In this document: in pieces, positions 18,216 to 27,662 of the stretch
How the letters are laid out: every line of letters starts with the position of its first letter
How positions within the stretch are numbered: the stretch's first letter is position 1
Source: Thermoproteota archaeon
GTDB taxonomy: Archaea > Thermoproteota > Thermoprotei > Thermofilales > B9-G17
Direction: 5' to 3'
DNA: 64,000 nucleotides
Assembly (NCBI GenBank): GCA_029258885.1
Contig: JAPDJW010000002.1
Location: 224,001-288,000, forward strand
The notes under the pieces: generated by a model
What the model was told of the DNA's origin: nothing
Database searches by the model: none
Seen by the model: the letters and a program-made list of their open reading frames with translations, nothing else
Translations under genes and position numbers: made by a program

Positions 18216-18752
18216 CTCGGAGATCAGTTCATCTAACGTGGTTATTTTAGCTCCAATAAACTCCTTCATATACTTTATGCCATATTCATGCCATTCATCG
18301 CTAAAAGCAGCAACACAATCTCTCGGGACAATAACCTTATAGCCCCTATAAAAGGCGCCCAGAGCAGTATTCTGGACGCAAATATGAGTGTGTATTCCTG
18401 TTAAAATCACTGTATCGACGCCAAGCTCCCTCAAAAGCATGTCTAAATCCGTGAACATGAAGCCATCATATCTCCTCTTATAAATCACGTAGTCCCCGTC
18501 CCTAGGTTTAAGCTCATCGATAATCTTTGACTCAGGAGAGCCCTTTATGGCGTGATCGCCCCACAGCTTCAGCTCAAAATCAACCCCCTTATAGTGACTA
18601 TCCGCCAGATATATCACGGGAATATTCTTTGAACGTGCATGTTCAAGAAGCCTGCTTATCTTCGGAACAATCTTTTCCGCAGCAGGAGCCTTTAATCGTC
18701 CCTTAACGAATTCTTCAAGCATATCTATAACTAGTACAGTGTACCTCGCCAT
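18207..18752 (-). CDS. Isochorismatase-like cysteine hydrolase (nicotinamidase-like)
   Basis: VIDMLEEF, KRRYDGF, GIHTHICV (catalytic Cys). Confidence 0.9.
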   Translation of the reverse strand: MARYTVLVIDMLEEFVKGRLKAPAAEKIVPKISRLLEHARSKNIPVIYLADSHYKGVDFELKLWGDHAIKGSPESKIIDELKPRDGDYVIYKRRYDGFMFTDLDMLLRELGVDTVILTGIHTHICVQNTALGAFYRGYKVIVPRDCVAAFSDEWHEYGIKYMKEFIGAKITTLDELISELG

Positions 18753-18861
18753 GGTTTAATAAATATGCTTACCCATTAATTATCTTTAACATCTCCACTA
18801 TGGCCATAATAAGTAGTTAATTAGAGCTTTCAATATATAAGTAAAGCATTTTATATGGAAG

Positions 18862-19614
18862 TTGCATTTATTTCGATGGGGGAAATATTTGACCTATACC
18901 TATCGGGTATTAGGTCTGGCGCATGCATTTAGTCAGTTCTGTCAGCTCTTCATAAACAGGCTAGTGGAGCAGGGAGTAGAGATTAAAGACAAGGATATTG
19001 GAGCTCAGCTAATGAAGCTTAAGCTAAGACACGGGGATGAGGTTGCAGATGTGGAAGCAAGGTTAGTAGGGCCGGACATAGAGATAAGGTTCAATGTAGG
19101 TGAATCGTTGGAGAAGAAGGGAGCTGAAATGCTTAGAACAGGACTAACCTTTCTGGGTAATATAATATCCGGTGGAAGCATAGCGGATGCTACAATCTAT
19201 GCAGCAGAGGAAAGCATCGATAAAGCCCTCAGTGGAGAAGCAGGATACCTAGCCTCAACCATAGCCAATACAGCGAAAAGTGTAGAGGAAGAAATAAGGA
19301 GCAAGAGAATGGAGCTACCGCCTCCCCCGCCTCCCGGATATGGCGCGCCCACCGTCTCGGGAGAACTACAGAGGTATGTAAGTGAAATAAGATCCAGGAT
19401 CATAAGCATAAGAGAGGAAATGGAGATAGCTAGAGAGGAAGGCAGAAACGTAGAGCCTGTTGAGAGGAGACTAGAGCGGGCGGACGCATTATTTAACGAG
19501 GCGCTGACAGACATGAATAGAGGGGATATAAGCATAGCTGAGGCTAAGCTTAAAGCAGCCGAGAGGCTGATCGAGAGAGCTGAAAGAGTACTCGAGGAAA
19601 TAATGTACAGATAA
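18862..19614 (+). CDS. Hypothetical protein with polyproline linker and C-terminal helical bundle
   Basis: 250-aa ORF with coding-like composition and PPPPPP linker; exact start uncertain. Confidence 0.7.
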   Translation: MHLFRWGKYLTYTYRVLGLAHAFSQFCQLFINRLVEQGVEIKDKDIGAQLMKLKLRHGDEVADVEARLVGPDIEIRFNVGESLEKKGAEMLRTGLTFLGNIISGGSIADATIYAAEESIDKALSGEAGYLASTIANTAKSVEEEIRSKRMELPPPPPPGYGAPTVSGELQRYVSEIRSRIISIREEMEIAREEGRNVEPVERRLERADALFNEALTDMNRGDISIAEAKLKAAERLIERAERVLEEIMYR

Positions 19615-19925
19615 CATTCTGATCAAATAAGATCTAAAAAATCTTAGCTAGAGGCGCGAGCTTTAAAATCCTCGTATACCACCTGTAGTCTCTACTCTGA
19701 ATGCCAAATACACGGATACTCACTTAGTACCAATACTAGAGAATTATGAAACACGCTCGTAAGGTGAGTTAAATTTTCTGAGAACTGTTGTTTTTAGAGA
19801 GTTATATGAAAGTGTATTTGTGTTTAATAGGGGTAGTGCCCGTGAATTCTAATGGTGGTTTCATTTTTACTGTGATAAAATGTAGTAAAGTTTTTATTAG
19901 TCTCTTAATCATATTTATAGTTAGC

Positions 19926-20108
19926 ATGTCTGAGACTTTGCTTAAGGATATTCGGGAGAGACTTATTAGGATTGAAGCTAAGTTAGATGCGCTTATGGGT
20001 GAGGAGGAAGTTTTAGAAGAGTTTGCTGAAGAGCTTAAAGAGATTATGGAAGATATGGAGAAAGGGAACAAGATTCCAGCAGAAAAGGTTCTAGAAGACG
20101 AGGAATGA
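19926..20108 (+). CDS. Putative antitoxin upstream of relE
   Basis: ATG 19926, 60-aa acidic protein (MSETLLKDIRERL...EKVLEDEE) overlapping the relE start (ATGA). Confidence 0.65.
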   Translation: MSETLLKDIRERLIRIEAKLDALMGEEEVLEEFAEELKEIMEDMEKGNKIPAEKVLEDEE

Positions 20109-20296
20109 AGGTATATTTCTCTCGAAAAGCAACTAGAGATTTTAAACGTCTACCTTCTGAAGTTAGGCAGAGAGTAAGGAAAGCTATTATTGCCTTATAT
20201 GAAACTCCATTTCCGCGGGGTGTTAAGAAGCTTAAAGGATTCTCGAATACTTATAGGCTACGTGTAGGAGATTACCAAATTGTTTACAAGCATTAA
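20105..20296 (+). pseudogene. Truncated RelE/ParE family toxin
   Basis: FSRKATRDFKRLP, VKKLKG, YRLRVGDYQIVY, then a stop at 63 aa. The usual C-terminal strands are missing and the conserved DYR Arg is Gln. Confidence 0.7.
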
Positions 20297-20621
20297 TTTC
20301 ATTAACTTTGAAGTTAAGTTATTTAGTATTAGGGCATGGAGGTGAAGAAGTGTTGTTCTGGATATTAAAATAAGACGACTATGATATTTAGTGGTATTTA
20401 AGTAGTGTTGTAAAATTTTACTTCGTGAGGAAGTTGTCTGTTATTTTTGTTAATGCGTTTCCGAAAGATGTTTCCAGTATTTTGTGGGGGTTCCTATGTA
20501 GTCTTCTATTTCTGGTATGTAAGGTATGTTTCCCGGATACTTTGCTTATGTTTCTTCAGTTAGTTTAAGGACTTCTTGTGAAGGGGCACCTTGAGTGCGA
20601 TGGCAAGAGACTTCACTGACT

Positions 20622-22031
20622 TCACCTAATATACAGCTTAGGGCTAGGCTTAGATCCCTGAAAACCACCAATATCGTGGCTCCAGAATCTTTCCTTGATT
20701 TCTCTAAATAATGCCTTGTTTCTATTCTCCCATTCACTAAAGCCCTCAGGCTTCTCAGGGAACTCCTCAAATAGTTTTCTGGCTTTATCAAGATATCCTT
20801 TAGCGGCCTTTATATCGAAGAGTATGGATGGCTTAGTTAAAAGCTTAACTGCCTTAAGCGCCTTAGATATTATCGACGGCAGTAGTTCGCCCTTATATCC
20901 CATCTCGGAGAGCTCTTCATCCGATACTATACCCTTCTCAAGGATGAAGTTTAAATCATCGCTTGAAAGACTCTGAAGGTATATCCTTAGAGCATCCAAT
21001 CCAGCCTGCTTAATACCGTAGGTTTCATGGTAAGCCTTATGATAACGCCACAAATTATCCATAGATGCCTCACCCTTATCAAGAGCCTCCACTATGACCT
21101 GAGAAGCATAGTAGCTGCTCAGTAACGATGGACCTATTCCTCCTCCGTGTATTGGATTAGCCGTAGCGGCAGCATCACCTACAGCTACAAGACCATTCCA
21201 AACCATACATGAAATAGTCCTACGTGTAGGACACAATCCAGTACCCTCATTCAATATCCTGCCGCCAGCCTTCTCGATAAGCGGTAAAATGTATTTCCTA
21301 AACTGATCCCTAGGATTAGGAGCACTTGGACCAGGCTTTACACCAAGCCCCGTATTAACAATATGCTCACCCTTAGGGAACCACCACCAGTATCCTCCAG
21401 GAGCTACGTCAGGGTTAAGGTAAATTAACGCAAGACCTGTATCCTGAGGCTCCTCGACCTCGGCAATAACCCTATAGGCTATATTAAAGTCCTCAAGGGG
21501 AACCTTCTCCGAAACCCACCATTCACTAGGGAGCTTCGTTCTAACAGCTGCGGCAGCGCCAGTAGCCTCCACAACCACCTTACTATATAACTCAAACCTG
21601 CCTGCACCTATTTTCTCGGCAACAATACCCTTAACCCACTTGCCCTCAACTATAGGCTCAAGTATCCTATGGGAATCAAGCAGCTCAGCACCCGCATTAA
21701 CAGCTAGCCTTAGAAGCCTCTGTCCAAAGGCCTTCCTATCTATAGCATAGCCCTTACCCCATGCAGTCACATAAGCCTTCTTATTAGGGGAATAAACTCT
21801 AACACCCTTAAACAGTGATACGGCGTCAACTCCCAGCCTAGGCGGCTCAAGACCGACCTTAATAAAGTGGTGTTCACCCACCGCGTCACCACAGACCTTC
21901 TCACCTATCTTCTCGGCAGACTTCAATTCGACAACCGCCACCGATAAGCCTGAACTAGCCAGCCTATACGCAGCGAAGAGGCCCGCCGTACCTCCTCCAG
22001 CGACAATCACATCATACTTCATATTTAACAC
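20622..22031 (-). CDS. Geranylgeranyl reductase (digeranylgeranylglycerophospholipid reductase-like)
   Basis: VAGGGTAG FAD motif, KVCGDAV, APGGYWWWFPKG, VGDAAATANPIHGGGI. Confidence 0.9.
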   Translation of the reverse strand: MLNMKYDVIVAGGGTAGLFAAYRLASSGLSVAVVELKSAEKIGEKVCGDAVGEHHFIKVGLEPPRLGVDAVSLFKGVRVYSPNKKAYVTAWGKGYAIDRKAFGQRLLRLAVNAGAELLDSHRILEPIVEGKWVKGIVAEKIGAGRFELYSKVVVEATGAAAAVRTKLPSEWWVSEKVPLEDFNIAYRVIAEVEEPQDTGLALIYLNPDVAPGGYWWWFPKGEHIVNTGLGVKPGPSAPNPRDQFRKYILPLIEKAGGRILNEGTGLCPTRRTISCMVWNGLVAVGDAAATANPIHGGGIGPSLLSSYYASQVIVEALDKGEASMDNLWRYHKAYHETYGIKQAGLDALRIYLQSLSSDDLNFILEKGIVSDEELSEMGYKGELLPSIISKALKAVKLLTKPSILFDIKAAKGYLDKARKLFEEFPEKPEGFSEWENRNKALFREIKERFWSHDIGGFQGSKPSPKLYIR

Positions 22032-22082
22032 CTAGTATAATTAATAAACCAGATCTAACTAATAAATTATGAGGTAAAAGCC

Positions 22083-22529
22083 ATGAAACCAGGTATTCCA
22101 CAGGTAACTTTAAGCAGTGAAATAGCGAGGAAAATAGAGGAGAAAATGTCCCATACAATTAAAGGCATAGAGGAGACGCTAAACGAGATACTAAGGCGCG
22201 GCGAAATAGAGTTCACTGAATTTAAAGCAATGCTAGAATCCCTAGAACCAGGCTTCACACTCCTATCCCAGAAATGGGTGCTCGAAATACTATACTCACT
22301 CCTAGTAAAGGGTCCGCTGGGATTCAATGAATTAAAATCCTTAACGGGCGCAAGCTCCAGAAGCCTATCCCTAAAATTAAAGTCTCTAATAAAATTAAGG
22401 TATGTAGAAAGACGCGTAAAGACAGAGCCACCCATGAGGACAACATATTATCTAACGGAGAAGGGGAAGAATGCAGCCTTACTATCGCTACCCCTAATAT
22501 ACTACATAGCTAAAACACGAGATGAATAA
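22083..22529 (+). CDS. HxlR family winged-helix transcription regulator
   Basis: LLSQKWVLEIL, GFNEL, LSLKLKSL, EPPMRTTYYLTEKG. Confidence 0.88.
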   Translation: MKPGIPQVTLSSEIARKIEEKMSHTIKGIEETLNEILRRGEIEFTEFKAMLESLEPGFTLLSQKWVLEILYSLLVKGPLGFNELKSLTGASSRSLSLKLKSLIKLRYVERRVKTEPPMRTTYYLTEKGKNAALLSLPLIYYIAKTRDE

Positions 22530-22530
22530 G

Positions 22531-22917
22531 TCATTCCAATAGCCTAAGCTCTAGCTTAGGGAAAAACATCTTAATTTTCTCATAGTCGGTATCCCTAGTC
22601 CATAGCTCCAAGTTATGAGCTATCGCCGTAGCAGCAATGTATATGTCGTTTTCGCTTACAGGTTTACCTCTTCTCTTTAAAGCCTCGAATATTAGTGCAG
22701 ATTCAAGTAATGTCTCATTGTTGAGGCCGAGCACTATAAACGATTCCTCAAGCTTTTTCTTAAAAAACTCTTTATTCTTCTTATACCTAATGTACTCATA
22801 AATGCTAATTACTGAAATATAGAGCTCTTCCTTCTCAATTAAATCCAAGAGAGATCCTTTATCCAGAATATCAATTAAAACGCTAGTATCTAGGAGAATT
22901 CCCTTGCCCGCCCCCAT
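22531..22917 (-). CDS. vapC: VapC-type PIN domain toxin
   Basis: ILLDTSVLID, SVISIYEY, ENDIYIAATA, LWTRDTDY. Confidence 0.88.
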   Translation of the reverse strand: MGAGKGILLDTSVLIDILDKGSLLDLIEKEELYISVISIYEYIRYKKNKEFFKKKLEESFIVLGLNNETLLESALIFEALKRRGKPVSENDIYIAATAIAHNLELWTRDTDYEKIKMFFPKLELRLLE

Positions 22918-23132
22918 GCTCTCCTATCCTCAAGCAATTCTTCCAGACTAATCTTTCTCTCGACCTTATTCTTTTCAATCATCTCAAGAACAGCCATAAT
23001 TCTCCTTAACCTCCTGTACTCGGATAGTATTCTCTCTACGGCTTCCCCGATGCTCCTAGCACCTAATTTCTCCTTCTCCTTTAAAAGCTCAACATAAACC
23101 CTCTTCGGAATAGCTATAGTCGTCTTACTCAT
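22890..23132 (-). CDS. vapB: VapB-type antitoxin
   Basis: 80 aa, N-terminal KTTIAIPKRVYVEL ribbon-helix-like motif, overlaps vapC. Confidence 0.75.
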   Translation of the reverse strand: MSKTTIAIPKRVYVELLKEKEKLGARSIGEAVERILSEYRRLRRIMAVLEMIEKNKVERKISLEELLEDRRAWGRAREFS

Positions 23133-23274
23133 ATAATTTCATAAGCTTATAGAATTATATTAAACTTATCATTATAGGAATTAACAGTAAATTAGCTACA
23201 GTTATCGAATAGCGGAAAAGAATACATGTTCTCTAGAGGCAAAATCCTTATATAGGAGTATATACTTTAAATTA

Positions 23275-23305
23275 GATAGCTATATCAAAAATTTGATAGC
23301 TATAT
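23275..23305. promoter_or_regulatory. Putative operator upstream of the ArsR-like regulator
   Basis: GATAGCTATAT repeated at 23275-23285 and 23295-23305, each containing the palindrome ATAGCTAT, overlapping a TATCAAA-AA-TTTGATA inverted repeat just before the start. Confidence 0.6.
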
Positions 23306-23331
23306 GAAACATTTAATTGGGTGTTTAGGGT

Positions 23332-23652
23332 GTGTCCGAGGAATACGAGTTTAAGAGTATTCGAGAGGTGAAGGCTGTCTTGAGCCTCCTCTCAAAACCC
23401 ATATGTATGAAGATAATTGCTATGTTGAGGGAGAGGCCCATGTACATTAGGGAGATAGCTAGAGAGCTCGGCGCCCCCTACGCCCTAATACACCTATACC
23501 TATCCAACCTCGAGAAGTATGGAATAGTTAAAAGCGAGTACGAATTTGTAAGGGGCAATAAGCCTCACGTCAGGAGATACTATAAGCTCAGCGACTTTAA
23601 GATCGTCATTACCCCCGAAATTATAGCTAGGCTCGTGGGTGAGGAGAAATGA
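23332..23652 (+). CDS. ArsR-like winged-helix regulator
   Basis: LSKPICMKII, MYIREIARELG, HLYLSNLEKYGIV, RRYYKL. Confidence 0.85.
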   Translation: MSEEYEFKSIREVKAVLSLLSKPICMKIIAMLRERPMYIREIARELGAPYALIHLYLSNLEKYGIVKSEYEFVRGNKPHVRRYYKLSDFKIVITPEIIARLVGEEK

Positions 23653-23987
23653 GCGTTGAGGCGGTAATTGTAGGTTTAACGGTTATAGCCCTTGGAGTAA
23701 TATTCCCCATGTTCCTCATACACTACATGGTCGTATGTGGTCTCGTATGGTATATAGCTCTACCACTTATAGTATTATCGCTGATAGGTGCGAGTATCTT
23801 AGGTGTTGTGGGATTTACACTTATATTTGAGTGGGGGGTGCCTATAAGGACTCCGAAATCCGATAGACTACTTGCGGAAAAGCTTAGGATAATGAGAGCT
23901 AGACAAAGAGCTATGCTCGAGGAGCTGGACGAGATAGTTGAATTACTTAAGGAGATTAGGGATATCCTGAAGTCTGTTGAGGGGTGA
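23649..23987 (+). CDS. Two-TM membrane protein with C-terminal coiled coil
   Basis: Two hydrophobic segments then ...LEELDEIVELLKEIRDILKS; translationally coupled to neighbours. Confidence 0.8.
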   Translation: MSVEAVIVGLTVIALGVIFPMFLIHYMVVCGLVWYIALPLIVLSLIGASILGVVGFTLIFEWGVPIRTPKSDRLLAEKLRIMRARQRAMLEELDEIVELLKEIRDILKSVEG

Positions 23988-23992
23988 TGCGC

Positions 23993-24130
23993 ATGAGCAG
24001 GAAGGAGCTCAAATACGCTGATCTCTCGGATGAGGAGGTCGAACGCCTTATCCAGAAGAGGCTTGAGGAAATTAAGGAGCTCCTAAAGGAGATTCGCGAT
24101 ATATTCAGAAAAGCCGGGGGTGAGGAGTAG
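23993..24130 (+). CDS. Small 45-aa coiled-coil protein (not in the ORF track)
   Basis: GGTGA RBS; MSRKELKYADLSDEEVERLIQKRLEEIKELLKEIRDIFRKAGGEE*. Fills the operon gap exactly; start could be ATG 23987. Confidence 0.75.
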   Translation: MSRKELKYADLSDEEVERLIQKRLEEIKELLKEIRDIFRKAGGEE

Positions 24131-24951
24131 TGGCCGAAAAGTTTGATAAATATGAGGAGGCGCTCGGAGAGCCTCGATTTAAAGTTAGCGGTTCCTCTGT
24201 CTTTACATACAAGGGCTCTATGGTTAAAATTTCGGGTAGTGGTAGCCTAGAAGACGGAATCCTAAGGGCGTCAGGCTCATGTTCCATCGAAGGCTTTATC
24301 AACGTTAAGGAAATACATGTTTCGGGGAGCTTTAGAGCAGGGGATGGCGTTAAGGCAGAGTTCATATCCGTTTCAGGCTCAGCAAAATTTGGTGGAGAAG
24401 TTTCCTGTAACTCCATAAAGGTTTCGGGTAGCTGTTCCATTAATGGTTCACTTGAGGCCGATGAAGCCAGATTCAGCGGTTCATCTAAGATTTCCGGCGA
24501 TGTCACGGGGCAGCTGCTTAATTGCTCTGGATCATTTAAGGCCGAGAACCTAAACTTAAATAGTTGCTCTCTATCAGGCGCCTTTTCATTAAACTCCGTA
24601 AAGTGTAAAGACATGTTTAAAGCGTATCTTCGAGGAAAATCCCGAATAAGGGATGGGTTAACTGCAAGAATTATAAGTATAAGAGGAAAAGGCGGTGGGA
24701 GATCCTTTAAGATATCAGTTTTCGGAATTCCAATAATTAGCGTTACTACAGGAAATGGTGAAGGCGAGCTTGAGGTCGGCTATATCAAGGGCGAGGACAT
24801 ATACATAGAATATACTAAGTGTGAGCGCATAGAGGGTGCAAACGTTAACATCGGACCCCACTGTACAATTAGGGGCGACGTAATATACACATCCAGTTTC
24901 TCAATAGACCCTACCTCCAAGGTACTAGGCAAGGTTATCAAGAGTGAGTAA
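24130..24951 (+). CDS. Beta-helical repeat protein, bactofilin / polymer-forming cytoskeletal-like
   Basis: Repeated [IV]x[VI]SGS units (VSGSS, ISGSG, ASGSC, VSGSF, VSGSA, FSGSS, CSGSF); C-terminal ERIEGANVNIGPHCTIRGDVIY. Confidence 0.7.
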   Translation: MAEKFDKYEEALGEPRFKVSGSSVFTYKGSMVKISGSGSLEDGILRASGSCSIEGFINVKEIHVSGSFRAGDGVKAEFISVSGSAKFGGEVSCNSIKVSGSCSINGSLEADEARFSGSSKISGDVTGQLLNCSGSFKAENLNLNSCSLSGAFSLNSVKCKDMFKAYLRGKSRIRDGLTARIISIRGKGGGRSFKISVFGIPIISVTTGNGEGELEVGYIKGEDIYIEYTKCERIEGANVNIGPHCTIRGDVIYTSSFSIDPTSKVLGKVIKSE

Positions 24952-25993
24952 TATGCCAGCCCACGCAATTAAGGCTGTAAATCTAACTAAAATATTCTAC
25001 AGCAAGGAGAGAAGGGGATGGTTTAAGAGAGGAAGGACCAAAAAGATAGTTGCGGTAGATCACATAAGTTTTAAGGTTAGATACGGCGAAATATTCGGTT
25101 TCCTAGGCCCAAACGGCGCTGGTAAAACTACTACGATCAAGATGCTAACAACCCTGCTTATACCGGATGAAGGAGATGCTTGGGTATGCGGCTATCATGT
25201 AGTGAATGAGGCTAATAGGGTTAGGGAGGTTATCGGATTAAGCCTATACAGCGATAGAGGATTTTACTGGAAGCTTACCGGAAGGGAGAACCTCAGGTAC
25301 TTCGCCTACCTCTATCATATTCCGCCGAAACAGGCTGAGAAGAGAATTGATGAGCTATTAAAGTTAGTAGGGCTTCAGGATAAAGCGGATGTTCTCGTCG
25401 AGGAATACAGCACTGGGATGAAGTCGAAGCTTAATTTCGCTAGGGCTCTACTGAATGATCCAGAGGTAGTGTTCCTCGATGAACCGACCATAGGATTGGA
25501 TCCGAACTCCGCTAGAGCTATAAGAGAGATAATACTCGACCTAAAGAAGCAGGGTAAAACCATATTCCTCACGACGCATAACATGGAGGAGGCAGACTAT
25601 CTATGTGACAGAATAGCTATCATAAGTAGGGGGAAGATAATAGCTACGGGTACCTCCAGCGAGCTTAAAAGCCTAATTGAAAGGAGGGATATCATAGTTG
25701 TCGAGGCGTCTAATATATCCGATAAAGTTATAGAGAAAATTAAGGGAGTTGACGGAGTCGCCTATGTCTCTAAAACGATAAAGGATCCAGTATCTATGTC
25801 CGGAGTCCTAAGGATAGGCTTAAACGGTAACAGCAGGGATCTTCTGCCATCAATACTCAGGGTGCTCGTAAACTCACATATAAAAGTCAACTTCATCAAG
25901 CCATCCGAACCCACATTAGAGGACGTATTCATCAAGCTTACTGGAAGGGGGTTCTATGAGGAGGAGGTCAATAGTCAGAGAGCTACAAAATAA
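24944..25993 (+). CDS. ABC transporter ATP-binding protein (DrrA/CcmA-like exporter)
   Basis: GPNGAGKTT, YSTGM signature, FLDEPTIGLD, H-loop TTHNM. Confidence 0.95.
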   Translation: MSNMPAHAIKAVNLTKIFYSKERRGWFKRGRTKKIVAVDHISFKVRYGEIFGFLGPNGAGKTTTIKMLTTLLIPDEGDAWVCGYHVVNEANRVREVIGLSLYSDRGFYWKLTGRENLRYFAYLYHIPPKQAEKRIDELLKLVGLQDKADVLVEEYSTGMKSKLNFARALLNDPEVVFLDEPTIGLDPNSARAIREIILDLKKQGKTIFLTTHNMEEADYLCDRIAIISRGKIIATGTSSELKSLIERRDIIVVEASNISDKVIEKIKGVDGVAYVSKTIKDPVSMSGVLRIGLNGNSRDLLPSILRVLVNSHIKVNFIKPSEPTLEDVFIKLTGRGFYEEEVNSQRATK

Positions 25994-26807
25994 CCTACTT
26001 GTGGTATGGGCGGTTTTTGTCAGGGATATAACTTTCTGGCTTAGGTATCCAAGCTGGATATTCACATTCATAGCACTACCATATATGCTTTCTGGGCTAT
26101 TCTACGGCATGGGCTACGCGTTAGCTGGCCCAAGCTCCTTAAAGAACTTTGCAAGTAAAACGGGAACTGAAAATGCTTTTCTATACTACACCATAGGATG
26201 CTTCATTCTACTCTTCACGGAACTTGTATTAGGTGAGGTTAGCGCAAGTATAAGGTCGGAGCAGCTTCGAGGAACATTCGAGATAAACTATGTTACTCCA
26301 ACAAACAAGCTAGTGCTTTGGTCTGCTCCAGTAATCCCCCATGGATTAATGTCCTCGGGGATAATGATAGCTTCAACGCTTCCAGTAGTTATAATTGAGG
26401 CTGGTAAGCTTGATCCAGTAAACTTCTTCATAGCAGTAATAGTGCTATTCCTAGGCATCCTACCTCTCCTAGGCCTGGGAATGGCTATGGCAGCGTTAAC
26501 TATGAGGTTTAAGGAGCCGTGGGCCGTTATAAATATGGTTAGGGTTATACTATATCTCCTATCGGGGATATACTACCCCCTAACAGTTCTGCCCGAATAT
26601 TTAAGGTACATGGCTGTAGTAGTTCCTCCAAACTATATGGTGGATATTCTGAGGGACCTCTTAATCTTCCAAAGGAAAGTAATCCTCTCCGACTATAGGA
26701 TACTGGCTTTATTCATACTATCCTCAATCTACCTCATCCTAGGGTTTAGCCTATATAGGAGGTGGGAGCAGAATGCTAGGAGAACTGGTGAGATTTCAAA
26801 GTATTAG
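25956..26807 (+). CDS. ABC-2 type permease
   Basis: Six TM segments; EQLRGTFE, LSGIYYPLTVLP motifs. Confidence 0.9.
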   Translation: MRRRSIVRELQNNLLVVWAVFVRDITFWLRYPSWIFTFIALPYMLSGLFYGMGYALAGPSSLKNFASKTGTENAFLYYTIGCFILLFTELVLGEVSASIRSEQLRGTFEINYVTPTNKLVLWSAPVIPHGLMSSGIMIASTLPVVIIEAGKLDPVNFFIAVIVLFLGILPLLGLGMAMAALTMRFKEPWAVINMVRVILYLLSGIYYPLTVLPEYLRYMAVVVPPNYMVDILRDLLIFQRKVILSDYRILALFILSSIYLILGFSLYRRWEQNARRTGEISKY

Positions 26808-27606
26808 AAGTAGACTACTTGAAGTCTATGCATCAGCCTACGCTAGCATGAAGATATACTTCAGGTATCCAATGTGGTTTATATCAGATATCGTTACAAC
26901 CCCCCTCTGGATAGTTATCATATTTATGCCCATACTCCTATTTCTCCCCGAGTCTGAGTGGAGGAACCCTGAAATTATTGAGGCGATGTACTGGGGAATG
27001 ATATTTCTAGACCTCATATCCCTAACTCTCTGGGGAATAGGCATGAGCATAAGGAGGGAGCAACAGCAGGGAACCATAGAGTACCTCTTCATAACAAACG
27101 CTAGTAGAGCCGTAATATTTTCCAATAGAGTATTTTCTCGTATTCTAAGCCTATTGATGGATGTAGCCTACATAGCGTTAATCATAAACCTAATATTTGG
27201 CGTTAGCATTACAATCGTGAATCCTATCGAACTTTTCGTATACCTGGCTATATCAGTTCTTCTAGCACTTGGACTTGGAATGATGTATGGTGCAGTAGTC
27301 CTATACCTTAAGAATCCGGGGGCACTAAACAATATACTGCAGTTCATCATACTGGGCTTAGGAGGGATATTTATTCCACCCTCAAGAATGCCCTATCCAC
27401 TCAACATAGTTTCGTTGGCAATACCATTCTCTTATGCAATAGATCTTGTGAGAAACGCGGCAATGGGTACGCAAACTATGATAGACAAAAATCTTGAGAT
27501 ATTTATACTTCTAGTATCAACTATGGCGAGTATTATTACTGGCAGATACATATTGAGTAAACTTGAGGAGGTAAATAAGAGAAGCGGCAAGCTAGGCACA
27601 TACTAA
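26773..27606 (+). CDS. ABC-2 type permease
   Basis: Six TM segments; EQQQGTIEY, LGGIFIPPSRMP motifs. Confidence 0.9.
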   Translation: MLGELVRFQSIRSRLLEVYASAYASMKIYFRYPMWFISDIVTTPLWIVIIFMPILLFLPESEWRNPEIIEAMYWGMIFLDLISLTLWGIGMSIRREQQQGTIEYLFITNASRAVIFSNRVFSRILSLLMDVAYIALIINLIFGVSITIVNPIELFVYLAISVLLALGLGMMYGAVVLYLKNPGALNNILQFIILGLGGIFIPPSRMPYPLNIVSLAIPFSYAIDLVRNAAMGTQTMIDKNLEIFILLVSTMASIITGRYILSKLEEVNKRSGKLGTY

Positions 27607-27662
27607 CCTAGTTAATTTTTAACTTAACCTTATTATAACTGTACCTTTATGATTAATTGTAG

